From Callorhinchus milii (taxonomy: Eukaryota): a DNA stretch of 64,000 bases. The notes under the pieces are model-generated. The model was given only the letters and a program-made list of their open reading frames with translations, ran no database searches and was not told the origin of the DNA. The DNA is taken from assembly GCF_018977255.1 (NCBI RefSeq), contig NW_024704742.1:72232001-72296000 (forward strand). The letters are read 5' to 3'. Made by a program: the position numbers and the translations under genes. Within the stretch, counting starts at the first letter, position 1; the number at the start of each line of letters is the position of its first letter. Below are positions 1 through 14,400 of the stretch, piece after piece.

Positions 1-169
1 TGACACCATGCAAAAACGTATTTGCTAAAGAACCTCAGGCTGGTGTTGGTGCTCTGCAATGCCTGTGGCAAGTCAGACATCATTCAAACCAGCCTCATCA
101 GTGCTGAGCAACCGGCTAGCTCAGTGGTGCTGAATAAAATAAAACTCAACTGAAAACACACTGCCGATC

Positions 170-560
170 GAACACGGACTTATTTAGACTTGTGTGGATG
201 TTAAGGGGGCCGCTTCTGGCCTGCGGGCTAGATTGGCCAGTGCTGGCCGGAGCCTGCTGAGTGAAGGGAGTGGACAGATTGATATGGTAGGTCGTAGAGA
301 TAGGAAGGAGCAAGGCCGTGGAGGGCTTTAATGGCGAGGAGAGCATTTTGAACTCTATCTTCTGAGGATGGGAAGTCAGTGGAGCCTAGTGCGGAAGAGG
401 ACGCGAGCTGCAGAGTTCTGGATGATCTGCAGCTTGTGGAGGGAAGAGATAGAAAGGCTGACAAGCAGTGAGTTGGCGTATTTGAGACTAGATGTAATAA
501 ATGCGTAGATGAGGATTTTGGCGGTCTGAGGGTAGAGGCAGTGTCAGAGCTGGGCGATGT
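170..560 (-). mobile_element. Decayed L2 3' fragment
   Basis: ccacaagctgcagatcatccagaactctgcagc and [11 protein letters not shown] on the minus strand. Confidence 0.75.
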
Positions 561-1434
561 CTCAAATGGATCAAAGCAGATAGAAAAACACAGTAACCAG
601 CATTGGTATAACAAACGCACAGACAGTAACCCAGTAACAGCCAGTAACCAGGGAAACCCAATCTGATATTGCACACACAGCCAATATTCTAGTATTGCCT
701 GTTGCTGTGTTTGCCAGACGTGCTGGGTGGCTGCAGTAAGCTGCATTGTCAGATCTGCTGAGTTACAGGGCCCTGACCTGTCTGCAATGTGTCTCGATTG
801 CCTGATTACTGCTCAATGCCATAGGTCTCTGGAAGGAACACACATACAGCAATGGTTACCATCACCTGCGAGGCTGAATAACAAGATGAAATTGTGAGTT
901 CATTGCTCCTGGGGCTCAGTGCCACTTTCCCCTGGCCTCTCTCAGGGTCAGGACTGCTCCTGACCCCACTTCTGAAAGTGAAGCCCTCGTTCCGTGAATG
1001 GTTTTGCTTGGTTTCTGATGGTTTTGACTAAGTGCCAATGCTGGCAGGGTATCGACGACAATCACCTTCATTCTGAGGTGGAGTCATTAATGTTGGAACA
1101 TCTCACTGTGCTTCACAAGTAACTGCTGTCAAGTGTAATGAGCATTCACCAAGAAGATCCCTCAAACAGCCATAAAGTGAATGATCAATTTATCTGGAGG
1201 TTTGTTAGCCAGCCCAAAGAGAAACTCCCTCGTCTTTTCCAAGTGAGATCAGATCTTTGACGTTCACCTGAATGGGCAGACAGAACCTCAGCTTGTCTCA
1301 CGTGATGGACAGCACCTCCAACACCGCACTGACATGTGAGTCTGAAGGGCGAGCTCAGAGTCCCCGAAGGTCTATTGACCGAGCCACAACTCGCATTCCT
1401 CTCACCATTCTCTCCTCTAACTCTGAGCTAAACC

Positions 1435-1785
1435 GGTCTTGTTGCTCAGTGGTTAGAGCACTCGCATCGCAAGCGAGAGGATCTGGGTTCAATTCCCGAG
1501 CAGGGCAAAACGTCGGGCAAGTTTCCTTACTCCACACGCCTAGATTTACCTAGGCGATTGGCGGATTGCTTTTCCGGGGGTAATGATCCCTTCAAAAAAA
1601 AGAAATTAAGAATAATTTGGTCATTCAATCTACAACTGTTTGTGGGACACTGTTGTGCGCAATTGATTGCCACATTTTGCCCACAAAATAGTCAATTCAC
1701 TTTACAGTATATCCTGTGAAGCGCTGTGAGATGCCTCGAAGACCTGATGAGGCGCTGTATCAAATGCAAGGATTATTATTGTTAC
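1435..1785 (+). mobile_element. tRNA-derived SINE with L2-like tail; full-length representative of the dominant family
   Basis: A-box gctcagtggttagagc, B-box gggttcaattccc, core ggcaagtttccttactccacac, tail gtgaagcgc...aggcgctgtatcaaatgcaaggattattatt. Confidence 0.9.
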
Positions 1786-4700
1786 TTATTAAGAACAGCA
1801 AGGTTACATGGAGATACAAGTGCTCAACAGGTTTCTGTTGGACTGTTTAGCAAAAGGACATTCCCTTGATACATTATTCTTATGTCAAGAACTCCCATGA
1901 GTATATTCTGTGAAGTGCTTTGAGAGTCTTGAAGACCTGATACGGGCACTATATCAAATGCAAGGATTATTATAATAACTTGTGAGTGTGCAGGTGCGAA
2001 TGAGCTCAGCTGCTCTCCTCTCCCCACTCGCTCAGCTGCAGATCTTTCAACATTATCAAACAGCCCATTATAAAGGCAATACTACATCAGTGACCAGAAT
2101 ATAGCAAACATCAGACAATCTGTAGAGTTTCTGTCCAGGCAGTTTGGGTTTGCTTCTCTGTGAATGGTTACCCATCCACACACACAAATCACTCACCTCA
2201 TTCAAAAGAACAATGTAGTATACACTTGCTAGATAATGGAGAAACACCCTCCATTCCCTGAGATAACCGCTACAAACGCTAAGCTCAGGTCTTACAACAT
2301 TGCTAACTTTGTCTTCTCTCCCCTTTACAGAGGTTCAACACACCCAGAGTAACTAAATTTCAACTATACAAATACTCCCTCTTCCCCCTGACACTCAACC
2401 AGCAGCAGGTCACAGTGAAGACACAGGGAGCTGAGAGGCTACAGTTGGGACAGGCAGACCCTGTCTTGCCAGGCTGAAAGGCAACCTGGAGAGGAATGGT
2501 CAGCACAGCCATATTGCTCTTCCTGACTCCTGCAGGCCCTATAATCGACGACAGCTTGCATTTATATAGGGCCCTTCACACAGGGCAGCATCTGAACACT
2601 TAACAGTGGCACTGAGCTGGGAAGAGAGGGGAGGTGACCATAGACATGGCCGAAGAGGAAGGTGTTCAGCTGTGATCTGAAGACAGGCAAGGAGGGGCAG
2701 GGCGGAGGGATTGAGGCTTTGTGGTGCTTTACCTTCTATTCTGAAATAGTTCAATAAGAATGTTAATCCTCATTATCAGTGAATACTGTAAAACAGTCTT
2801 TAGTAATCAAACGTCTGTCTGCAGTTCTCCAATTATAGACAATTGATCATCTTATCGCACACCTAATTGGGCCAACAAGTAGGGAGAAAGGCAACCACAA
2901 CATACAAGAACAGTCTGCACATGTTCACCCAAGCCAACATATCAAAAGCAACACTCAGGCCATTCAGTCTCACAAGTGTATCAGGTATGAACTGTCACTA
3001 GTTACATAGGCTAGAAAATATGGCGGCGTGTGGTGTGGAGACCACTGCAAATTGATCAGATTAAACAGAGAAAAGAAGCTGACAAGATGGGACAACTATT
3101 CTAAGACAAGCAACTTTATTTAGAACTCGGAACTAACCAATACATTAATTTAAAATCCTGAACTGAGTAGCAATGACTGGCAATTCAGAATTACTGGAGT
3201 TCACAACCAACGTTAACTTGTAAATGCATTAAATGACAGCAGTCCCGTGCTAATTGTAGAGAATGGTTTATTAGACTGGGTCAGGGCTAGGTGGAAAAGG
3301 AATAAAACAGAGCACTTGAGCAGGAAGGGGTTTCCTGAACACACAACCATGGTCCATTCCAAAAACGCATGTGGGATTGTGGCCTGTCCCATCTTCCCCA
3401 CTGCTGTCAGAACCTCATCTATGGCCTGGTTTTCCTGAAGAAAGGAAACTACATATAAATGTTGGGTGGACAAAGAGGAAGCTGCCTTAAACATAACCCT
3501 ACTTAGAGTAGGAGATGCCAGAAGACAAGACATGCCCTTGAGTGGATAGGTTATCTGATCTCTGCTGTACTCTAGTGGAAATGGGCTTTCCTCAGCCTGA
3601 AATTCAGAACAAATCTTGTTTCACCAAACAGGAACTGATTATACGCTGGGAGGTTCAGGAGCACCAGGCGGGTCACACTGTTATCCCGGGCAGGTTCCCC
3701 TCCATTGTTTGCACCCAATGTCAACATCCAGTCAGCCCAGTTATCAGTTGGGTTAAATGCAGAGTGAAGCTCCCATCTTAGGATCACCCCCCAATGCACC
3801 AGGATAACATCCCCACTCCCATGCCTGCTACTCTCAGTGAGGCCACTATTGTAGGCAGTTGTCATGGCCTTGCTGAGCCTGAAACAAAACTGCCCAAACT
3901 AGTTATTTGGGACCTTTCCCACCAGCAGAAACATGAAATTCGTTCCTGCGATCTTGGTTGTATTCAAAGCGTGCCTCAACAGTTAACAGCCAAGGGTTTC
4001 ATCACTGCTCACTCCATGACCAGATGTCCCGGTTTAAGGCAGACAGATGAACAGACAGACAGACTTGGTAAGATTACAATCATTTGGGAAGAAGCTTGTG
4101 TTCCTCAGAGTAGTGAGTAAATAATTCAATGGCAGCGTGGACAGCTGGTATGATACAGTCCTAAATCTGAGGAGATCAAAGGTCGATCTAACCACCCATC
4201 CATCATCCCAAAGTCTCATTAGCATATCTCAATGTCTAATGACCTGGACGCCCTTTAATGCACGGATTACTATTATCAGTTTATTTTTGAAATCCTCTAG
4301 TTGTTTGATGCCCTGAGCTGGTCTGTTCCAGCCCACCATTCTGACTAAAATTCTGTCTCCTGCACTGCCTATTGCCTTTACGTTCCCTTAAATCATGGCT
4401 GTTGCTCCTGAATTCTGAACAACTTTGGAAGATTGTATCTGAATCCAAATTTTCCCAAACCTTTAGTAATCTTAACCATTTAAATCAAATCTGCCCTCAA
4501 TTTCTGTTCCAGAGAGAAATGTCCCGAGATTGCCAAAGTTTCCTCATAGCTCTGTCCTCCAGTTTCTGGGCTGAATAATCACCATCCACCGCTTATCCTC
4601 TTCATGCGAGTGCTTAAACACCACGTACTGTAGGCAAAAGCATTGCATTTGGGAGTCGCAGCAAGGTTGACTTGATATCGATAGACAACATGTCCAAATT

Positions 4701-5567
4701 CATTCAACACTTGTTGAAAGATCTCCAGATAAAATGTTACACAGAAGGAAGGAAGATTTAGAAATTTCTTATAAGTTCAGAAAGTTTCTTTAGCACTTTG
4801 CAATGTAATAAAAACACCGAGACCTTCAACACAAACAATTTAAAGGCCATCAAAATTCTGTAGCAACAGTTTGACGAACTATGCAACCTCATACAGTAAG
4901 TCGTCACTTTTCCCAACTAGGAGAGATCTGCCCAATGCACTGGGGTTTAAGTACAGAACTCCTCGCAGGGCACGTATTGTCTGGTGAGCTCAGTCTTACC
5001 TGAGCCAGAAGGTTGTGTGATCAAAGTCCCACATCAGGACTTTCAACTCACATAGTTTGGGCTGACACTCCAACACAGTGCTGGTGGGGTACTATATGGT
5101 TGGAGACGCTGTCCTTCGGATGAGATGTTAAACTGAAGTCCAGTCTGTGCCTGTTCCTGTTCAGGTGGATGTTAAAGATCCTCAGGTGGATGCTCAAGTT
5201 GAAGCAGCTGATTTCTGTGCACACTGGTAATGGACCAGGAAACCACAAATTGACCTGACCTCAGAAATTCTAAGTGTTTGTGACAAGGATAACAACAGGG
5301 CGACTATTGTGGTGAGAAACTGCTAATAGCACAATGCGCTATCGATAAAATGAAGAGGAACACAACACAAATACAATGAACAAAGACCTTTGGTGAACCA
5401 ATATCACTTGAAGACTCACTTCAGAAAGTGGAACAGAGGGTCTAGATCTATTGCAGAAGAAAATAAAATAAGCTTCTTTAGATGAAAACGGCTTTGCAGA
5501 GTGTCTCAGATAAACAGAAGCCTCAAGCCACGCCTGCTGCCAGGGATCAGAGGCACACTGACTGGCA

Positions 5568-5860
5568 GCAACAACAACAACTTGCACTTATATAGTGCCC
5601 TCCACACAGGGTAGCGTCTCTGAGCACTTAACAGTGGCAGAGCCTAACTCTGAGCTGGGGGAGGGGGAGGTGGCCATAAGCACGGTCGAAGAGCAAGGTC
5701 TTCAGGTGAGAGTTGAAAAAGGGGAGAGAGGAGGCAAGGCGGAGGGATTGAAGGAGAGTGTTCCAGAGTTTCGGGGCGTAGTGGCTGAAAGCATGACCTC
5801 TGATGGTGGGGCAGATGGTGCGAGAGACGAGCAGGGATCCTGCTCCAGACAGTTCCACAG
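5568..5860 (-). mobile_element. L2 3'-end fragment
   Basis: PTIRGHAFSHYAPKLWNTL...LKTLLFDRAY plus (TTG)n tail. Similar short L2 ends at ~2540-2720 (-), 21635-21920 (+), 31760-31940 (+), 36955-37215 (+) and 50180-50410 (+). Confidence 0.8.
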
Positions 5861-8223
5861 GGGAGTTTGCATGTTTGACTTGATGCAATCCAGGTCATTG
5901 CAGTCACTGCTTGTTATAACTTCTGTTCCAAATAGCTGCGTGCATGATGAAAGATTCAAACGGAGGAAGATGCACACTAAGTTTAGAGTCCATCTGTTGG
6001 TGAGCTTTCTGACCAGAGCTTGCTTCAGCAGAAGGAATGCTCGAGAGTGAAGAGATGCAGCAACCACATTCCTGAACACTTAAATGGAGCTGGATGGCAC
6101 ATCAAATGAACGCGACCCAAGGGAGGATTTGAAAGAAAACTCCTGTATCCTGTTTTGCCGCTGCCAGTAAACACAAACTCTGACAGGCTTCCTAACTCAC
6201 TTCACTTACAGCACTGCTAAACCCAGTGCTGTACTATACCGCACACTTCGGATGGGATAGGGTTAAATTAGAATCTTTGCTTCTCGGTATAAACAAGTTG
6301 ATTCTGATCAGAGTGAGCAAACTACACAAAGCACATCCATAGGCAGCTGCAGACGTCGGTTGGTGCTGAAGGCTGATTCCCTTCCCTGCTGTTTGTAAAG
6401 ATTCTCCCCAGTAATCTTTCCTCTCTGTCCCTTAGAAACTGCTATTCACCAATCTATCTGGAGGGGGCGAGTTTGAACAGGTGAAGTTGCAGGAGAGGAA
6501 GGGAAGAGAAAAAGAACACAAAATGCCAAGTCCAGAAATATACACCTCGAAACTTTAGATTCAACCAGAGAAGTTGAGCTTATTACGGGAGGGAAATGGG
6601 GGCCAGCTGCCATTGAAAGTGCTTCTTTTCTTTAGTCCTTTCAGCTTGTTATCCATGGTCATTTGTTTGTGCTCTTCCTGCTTAGTGGACAAGACCCCCA
6701 TGTCCATGTAATGTGGACCAAACAAGTTGGTGGTGAACAGGTTGGGAAAATCCAAGGGATCGGGAGCAATCCTTTCCATGCCTCATGTCCGTAATAGCTT
6801 ATCTGACTTCAACTCAGAAAGGAAATTGTATGTCTATCCAGCTAGAGCAACAGCTGGACGACAGGCGGTCACTGCTGAGGTCAACTTCTCCCTGAGCTGC
6901 TCAACAGAAAGGGAAGTGTTCCCATCCAGCTGATCCAGTTCGTAACTCTCAGCAGCCTTGATGAGAGGGCTTACACTCTCAGTCACCCTCCACTGGATGG
7001 AACGGGTTGCTTCTATCACCCCTATCCTTCCGTCGAGCTGCTGTTTGCCAGATATAATGTGCTTTGAGACAAACAGGTCCAAAACTTTCTGATCAACCTC
7101 CGGAGCGGAAACAGCAGGAACACTGGGAACGCCTGCGGGGTACCGCTAGCTCGGGGTATGGCGAAACGCCAAGGTTAAGAGACTACAGCATTCCAGCGGC
7201 TTTCCTCCGCAAGTGATGGGTTGCTAGCATTTCCTGTCATTGAGGGAAGCCTCCGCGGACCGGCCAGTCCAGTGGAGGAGATCAGAAGACCATTTTGTCC
7301 TGGAGCCGGACAGTATAGTCTTAGAAGTAGACTTTTCTGTAACGGCCGACTTGAACTGAGGGGCAGGCTGAGAATGGGCAAGTGGCATGAACTGTGTTGA
7401 ATGTCTAGACCACCCCCACCAAGTATTGGGCTGATTGTCGGGCTTCAACTCCAGTGCTGCACTTGGATGCTGCCAATCGCTTGTGGGACGATCAGCGCAC
7501 TGAGACTCTGGAGGTGAAGGAGGATGAAACAATCAAAACGTAGGAAGACTGTCGCTTGTGACGTCAAACTGAAATGACAGATAAAATATTAAGCATATCA
7601 GAGACGTCCTCAGAGTGCTCACTGAAATGGCACTGAAATGGAAAGCTATATTTACTGCAAGATCAAGAGCCAGCCTCCATGGGCCCACAAGAAAAGACTG
7701 CTTTAGAACATTCCTTTTAGGGGGGAGAAAAAGAGAAGGGGACACGTGGAAGGGGGAGAAATCTCTCAACTGAGTTTTGCTCAGGAATCAAACTTAGAGA
7801 CTGGTTCTCTCCCGGCACCTGGGCTGCTCAATGAGTACATCATTGGTGCCTCGTGTCTGAAAACCCAGCAGAATCAAGACTTTTCCATGCAAAATAAAAG
7901 TGAACCATATTATCTGGCTGGTTAGTTAAGAAAAGCTAAACAGAGTACGTTTTCCAAAAAACACTACACGTTCAACAGCGCGTCACTAAACAGACACTTT
8001 CTAGTCTTGATACAGTTGGTTATTGGCAGTTTATCACCAACTGAGCATGCCTGATACACATGAATACGAGACTGAATGACTTGGAAGTTCAACGTAGCTA
8101 CTCAGGTTCAATTTACCAGAGACAATGGTTTCTCTCTCACACATGGACACACACACACAGACACTGGCAGGACACCCACACACACACAGAGCTGAAACAG
8201 ATAGAATGAAAAAGTCCACATAC

Positions 8224-8421
8224 CTGCGATGGAGTTGCTTCATGGGGAAGGAATGGAATTCCTGGATCTTGTGGGGGCAGCAGGGTCTCGGGGACCTGTG
8301 TCATGGTTACTTTAGGAGACAAGGAAAATTCCAGGGTTCGACCGCGGAAATCGTGAGGAATTTCTTTGAAAAAGCAGCACATGGTACTTGCGGCACTGGC
8401 ACACTCCAGCTGAATCAGAAC
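8224..8421 (-). CDS. ZNF638: RRM3 second exon ([37 protein letters not shown]...ATPSQ)
   Basis: ttttctccag|GTT...CAG|gtatgt; 198 nt, phase 0-0. Confidence 0.85.
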
Positions 8422-11400
8422 CTGGAGAAAATCACAGGGAAAAGGAAACTGACTGATGTCTTTCCACAGCAGAGAAAATCCAGTAGTGAGGCCCATCTAG
8501 GCCACAAGCTGAACTTGGTAACTTCTTACTCAACTGCAGAACTGGTTGACTCCTTTGCAAAGTAAAGTGCCCCACACCAAAAGTCATGCCTATACGAGGC
8601 CACACCAATAATCTTTAGGGATGTTTTGGTGGGTTAATACCATACACCCGATGAAACTTAGAATGACCTATTAGGAGTGAAATCAGGAGGGTTTTTCATG
8701 CAAAGGGTAGTGGGAATCTGGAACTCTCTTCCCCCAAAAGGTTGTGGATGCCGGATCCATTCAAATTTTCAATACTGATGGGAGCTTTTCCAAAGGAATG
8801 GGCTCCACCTAAATAGGGCTGGGACAAATGTCCTGGCTACGCGAATAAATAGGGAGGTAGAAAGGGCTTTAAACTACTAAGGGGGGGGAGGTAAAAACAT
8901 AGTATAGTCCACCACAGTTAAACTTGAGATCAACAAAAGCAAGAGAGCAGATTAACAAGGGAGAAGAGCAAAGTGTGTCAAGCAGGGAAAGGAAGTACAG
9001 TGATAGAGTGCTGGTGAATAGGGTTAATAGCCAGAAGTCAGAATTAAGGGCGCTATATCTGAATGCACGAAGCATTCGTAACAAGATAGATGAATTAGTT
9101 GCACAAATAGAGACACACCAGTATGATCTAGTAGCCATCACCGAGACATGGTTACAGGGTGATCAGGGATGGGAACTGAATATTCCCGGCTATATGGTAT
9201 ATAGGAAAGATAGGCGATGTGGTAAACGAGGAGGGGGAGTGGCCCTGCTAATAAAGGATGGGATAAAAACAGTAGAGAGGAAAGATTTTAAATCTGAAAA
9301 GCAAGATGTAGAGTCAGTATGGGTAGAGATACGTAACTTCAAGGGGCAGAAAACTATAGTGGGAGTAGTTTATAGACCCCCAAACAGTGGTCAAAGTATC
9401 GCTCAAGGTATAAATCAAGAGATTAGTGGAGCATGTAGCAAAGGAAAGACACTAATTGTGGGTGATTTTAACCTGCACATAGACTGGGACAACCAAATTG
9501 GGAAAGGTAACAAAGAAGAGATAATTTTCTAGATCAATATGCTGAGGAACCGACCAGGGAACAAGCCATATTAGACCTTGTTTTGTGTAATGAAACAGGG
9601 TTGATCAGCAAACTGGAACTTAAGGCTCCTCTAGGGCAAAGCGATCATAATATGATGGAATTTAGCGTTAAGTTAGAGAGGGAAGTAGTTAAGTCTGAAG
9701 CAAAAGTCTTCAATTTAAATCGAGCCAACTTTGCTGGTATGAGAGAGGATTTAGCCAGAATAAACTGGGAGACTAAACTTAAAGATTTGACGGTAGACCA
9801 GCAATGGCAGACATTCAAGGAGATAGTGCAAAATTCCCAACGAGCACATATTCCTTTGAGGAATAAGAATGCCATGGGAAAGGTGGTGCAGCCATGGCTA
9901 ACTAGAGCAGTTAGGGAAAGTATCAAATCAAAAGAAAAAGCCTATAAAACAGCGAAGATGAGTAGTAAACCCGAGGATTGGGAGAACTTTAGGGAACAAC
10001 AGAGGAGGACCAAAAAATTGATCAAGAGGGAGAAAATAGATTACGAGGGCAAACTAGCAAAGAACATAAAAACAGACTCCAAGAGTTTTTACAAATATAT
10101 AAAGAGGAAAAGGCTAGCGAGGGTGAATGTGGGTCCATTACAGGCAGAGACCGGAGGAATTATAATAGGGGACAAAGACATGGCAGAGTCATTAAACAAG
10201 TATTTTTCTACAGTCTTCACCGTAGAAGACACTGGAAACATACCAAAAATAGAGGACCAAGAAGACAATGTTAGCGAGCAACTTAGGGAGATTAACATTA
10301 GTAAAGAGATGGTTCTAGGTAAATTGTCGGGTCTTAAAACCGATAAATCCCCTGGACCGGATGGCCTGCATCCGAGAGTTTTAAAGGAGGTGGCTACTGA
10401 GATAGTGGATGGCATGTCTATAATCTTCCAAAAGTCTGTGGATACTGGAAAAGTTCCCATTGATTGGAAGATTGCAAACGTAACTCCACTATTTAAGAAG
10501 GGTGGGAGAGAAAATAGGGAAAACTATAGACCAGTTAGTTTGACGTCAGTTGTAGGGAAAATTCTTGAGTCCTTAATAAAAGACGTAGTTATGGGATACC
10601 TGGAAGACCATAAAAAGATTAGGCAGTCAACATGGCTTTACAAAAGGGAAGTCATGCTTGACTAATCTTTTAGAATTTTTTGAGGATGTATCCAGCAGGT
10701 TGGATAAGGGGGAACCAGTAGATGTGGTATATTTGGTATACCTATATTTGATCCCTCAAGATCAAGGCCCACGGGATTAATGGGAAAATATTAACATAGA
10801 TAGAAGAGTGGCTATCGGGTAGAAAGCAGAGAGTAATGATAAACGGATCATTCTCGAATTGGCAGGATGTAACTAGTGGAGTGCCACAAGGATCAGTGCT
10901 TGGGCCTCAGCTATTTACCATTTACATCAATGATCTGGACGAGGACATTGAATGTAATGTGTCTAAATTCGCGGATGATACTAAACTAGGTAGCAGAGTG
11001 AGCTCTCAGGATGATGCAAAAAGATTGCAACAAGATATAGATAGGCTAGGGGAGTGGGCAAGTAGGTGGCAGATGGAATTCAATGTTAGCAAATGTGAAA
11101 TTATTCACCTAGGTAGCAAGAATAAAAGAACAGATTATTTTCTGGAAGGGGAAAAGTTAGATTTGGGTGTCCTTGTACACCAGTCCCAAAAAGTTAGTTT
11201 GCAGGTGCAGCAAGCAACTAAGAAGGCGAACGGCATGTTAGCGTTCATTTCGAAAGGTTTAGAATATAAGAGTAGGGAAGTCCTGCTGTAACTGTATAGG
11301 GCTTTGGTGAGACCGCACCTAGAGTATTGTGTGCAGTTTTGGTCTCCTTATTTAAAAAAGGACATATCTATCTCAGTCTTGAATATGTTCAAGGACTGAG

Positions 11401-14400
11401 CGTCAACAGCCCTTTGGGGTAGCGAGTTCCATACATTCACCACCCTTTGAGTGAAGAAGTTCTTCCTCAACTCAGTGCGAAAGGGCTGACCTCTGATTTT
11501 AAGGTTGTGACCCCTGGTTTTAGTTTCTCCAACCAGTGGGAACAATCTCCCACTATCTACTCTATCATACCCTTTGATGATCTTATAGGTTTCTATAAGA
11601 TCCCCTCTAATTCTTCTATATTCTAGAGAATATAGGCCCCAATTGGTCAGCCTATCCTCGAAACTCATCCCCTTCATTCCAGGTACTGACCTAGTAAATC
11701 TTCGCTGCACCCCCTCCAAGGCAAGTACATCCTTCCTTAAATAAGGAGACCAAAACTGCACACAGTATTCCAGGTGTGGTCTCACCAGGGCCCTATACGG
11801 TTGCAGCAAGACTTCCCTACTCTTATACTCTAATCCTTTCATAATGAAAGCTCACATACCATTCGTCTTCCTAATTGTTTGCTGCACCTGCAGACTAACT
11901 TTCTGTGATTGGTGTACAAGGACACCCAAGTCCCTCTGGACGCTAACACATTCCAATCTCTCCGCTTCTAAAAAAATAACCCGCTCTACTGTTTTTGCTA
12001 CCTTTGCACTTCCCTACATTATACTTCATCTGCCACCTACCTGCCCAATCACCTAACCTATCTATGTCTCGCTGGATTTTTTTAATGTCATCCTCTGTGT
12101 TGACACTTCCTCCTAGTTTGTCACCCGCGAATTTAGATATATTAAACTTCGATGTCCTCATCTAGATCGTTGATGTAGATGGTAAATAGCTGAGGCCCAA
12201 GGACTGATCCTTGTGGCACTCCACTAGTCACATCCCGCCAATCCGAAAAGGACACATTTATCCCTACTCTTTGTTTCCTACCCGTTAACCATTCCCCAAT
12301 CCACGTTAATATGCTCCCCCCCAATTCCGTGGGCCCCTATCTTTTGGACTAGCTTTTGTGCAGCACCTTATCGAATGCCTTCTGGAAGTCCAAATAGACC
12401 ACATCCACTGATTTACCCTTATCTAGCTTACTCGAAATATCCTCAAAAAATTCTATGAGATTTGTCAAACATGACTTCCCTTTCGTAAAGCCATGTTGAC
12501 TTGGCCTAATTATATTGTGCTCCCCTAAATACCGCACTACTACATCCTTAATCCTATCCTTGCATTTTGATATAGCGCTTTTCATGTCGGGAGGACGTCC
12601 CAAAGTGCTTCACAGAACATACTGTAAAGTGAATTGACTGTGTATTTGTGGGCGAACGCGGCAGCCAATTGCGCGCAGCAATGTCCCACAAACAGTCGTA
12701 GATTGAAAATGAACAATTTATTATTGTTTTTTGTTTTTTTGGAGGGATTATTATTAGGTGTCTGGAGTAAGGAAACTTGCCCAAGGTTTCGCCCTCTGCC
12801 TGGAATTGAACTCAGGTCTCTCGCTTGGAAAGCGAGTGCTCTACCCACTGAGCTACAGGACTCCTTCAACGATTCTAAAATTTTTCCTATCACTGATGTG
12901 AGACTAACTAGCCTATAGTTCCCCATCTTTTCCTTCCCACCTTTTTTAAATAGTGGTGTGACATTTACGATCTTCCAATCCATGGGGACTACTCCAGAAT
13001 CCAAGGAATTTTGGAAGATCAGACACAAGGCCTCCACTATCTCATAAGCTACCTCTTTTAAAACCCTGGGATGCAAACCATCCGGACCAGGGGATTTGTT
13101 ACTTTTTAGTGCTAACAGTTTCCCTAGCACCAATTCTCTACTAATGAAAATTTCCCTAAGTTTCTCCCAGTCCTTATCCCCTTGGTGCAAGACTTGCTGT
13201 GTCTTCTAGGGTGAAGACAGATGCAAAATATCCATTTAGAGACTCTGCCATGTCCTTATCCCCCATTACAACTTCTCCCGTCTCTGACTGAAGTGGTCCT
13301 ACATTTACCCTCACTAGCCTATTCCTCTTAATGTATTTGTAATAACTTTTACAATCTGACTTAATGTTCCTAGCTAGCTTACCCTCATACTCCTCTTTCT
13401 CGCTCTTAATGAGTTTCTTAGTTTTTTTTGCTGGTTTCTAAAACTCTCCCAGTCTTCAGATTTGCTGCTTTTCTTGGCAGTTTTATAAGCTTTTTCTTTT
13501 AATTTGATGCTTTCCCTAACTGCTCTAGTTAGCCACGGATGAATTGCTTTCCCCGAGGTACTCTTATTCTGCAAGGGAATATGCGACTGCTGAGAATTAT
13601 GCACTACATCCTTAAATATTTGCCACTGTTGATCTACATTTTTACCTCTTAATCTGATTCTCCAGTCTATTTTACCTAAATCTTTCCTCGTACCTACAAA
13701 ATTAGCCTGATTTAAATTCAGAATACTTGCCTCGGATTTAACTATATCCCTCTCTAAGTTAATGCAGAATTCAATCATTTTGTTATCACTCTGCCCTAGA
13801 GGAGTCTTTAATACCTACACTGCCAACTAGCCCTGTTTTGTTATACAAAACAAGGCCTAGGATGGCCTGTCCTCCAGTTGGTTCCTCGGCATGCAGCTCT
13901 AGAAAGTTATCTCTCTTACACTCAATGAACTCTTCTAGCCTACTTTTGCCGATTTGGTTTTCCCAATCTACGTGGAGATTGAAATCACCCACTATTATCG
14001 CTTTACCTTTCCTACATGATCCACTGATTTCTTGATTAATACCCTGTGCTATATTGTGATCACTGTTTGGGGGTCTATAAACCACTCCCATTAATATTTT
14101 CTGCCCCATATTATTTTTTATTTCCACCCATATTGTCTCTACCTCCTGGTCATCGGATTTCAGATCCTTCCTCTCCACTGCGTTTATTTCATCCCTAATT
14201 AACAGTGCTACCCCCCACCTCGTTTCCCACAGTGCCTATCTTTCCTGTAAACTGAGAACCCTGGAATATTTAACTCCCACCCTAGATCTCCTTGTAACCA
14301 TGTTTCAGTGATGGCTACTAGATCATACCCAGATGTGTTGATCTGTGCTTTTAATTCATCATTTTTATTCTGAATGCTTTGTGCATTCAGATATAACATT

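Noticed and set aside
1435..1510. tRNA gene
   Set aside because: A and B boxes continue into the SINE body and tail, and the sequence recurs in many diverged copies.
2197..2228. 32-nt candidate exon with GAG|GTGAGT donor
   Set aside because: Contains a stop in phase 0, and the peptide has no recognisable family similarity.
2990..4320. Possible decayed LTR/Gypsy relic (VRSTFDLLR on the minus strand)
   Set aside because: One short motif only; no LTR pair, primer-binding site or catalytic motif could be supported.
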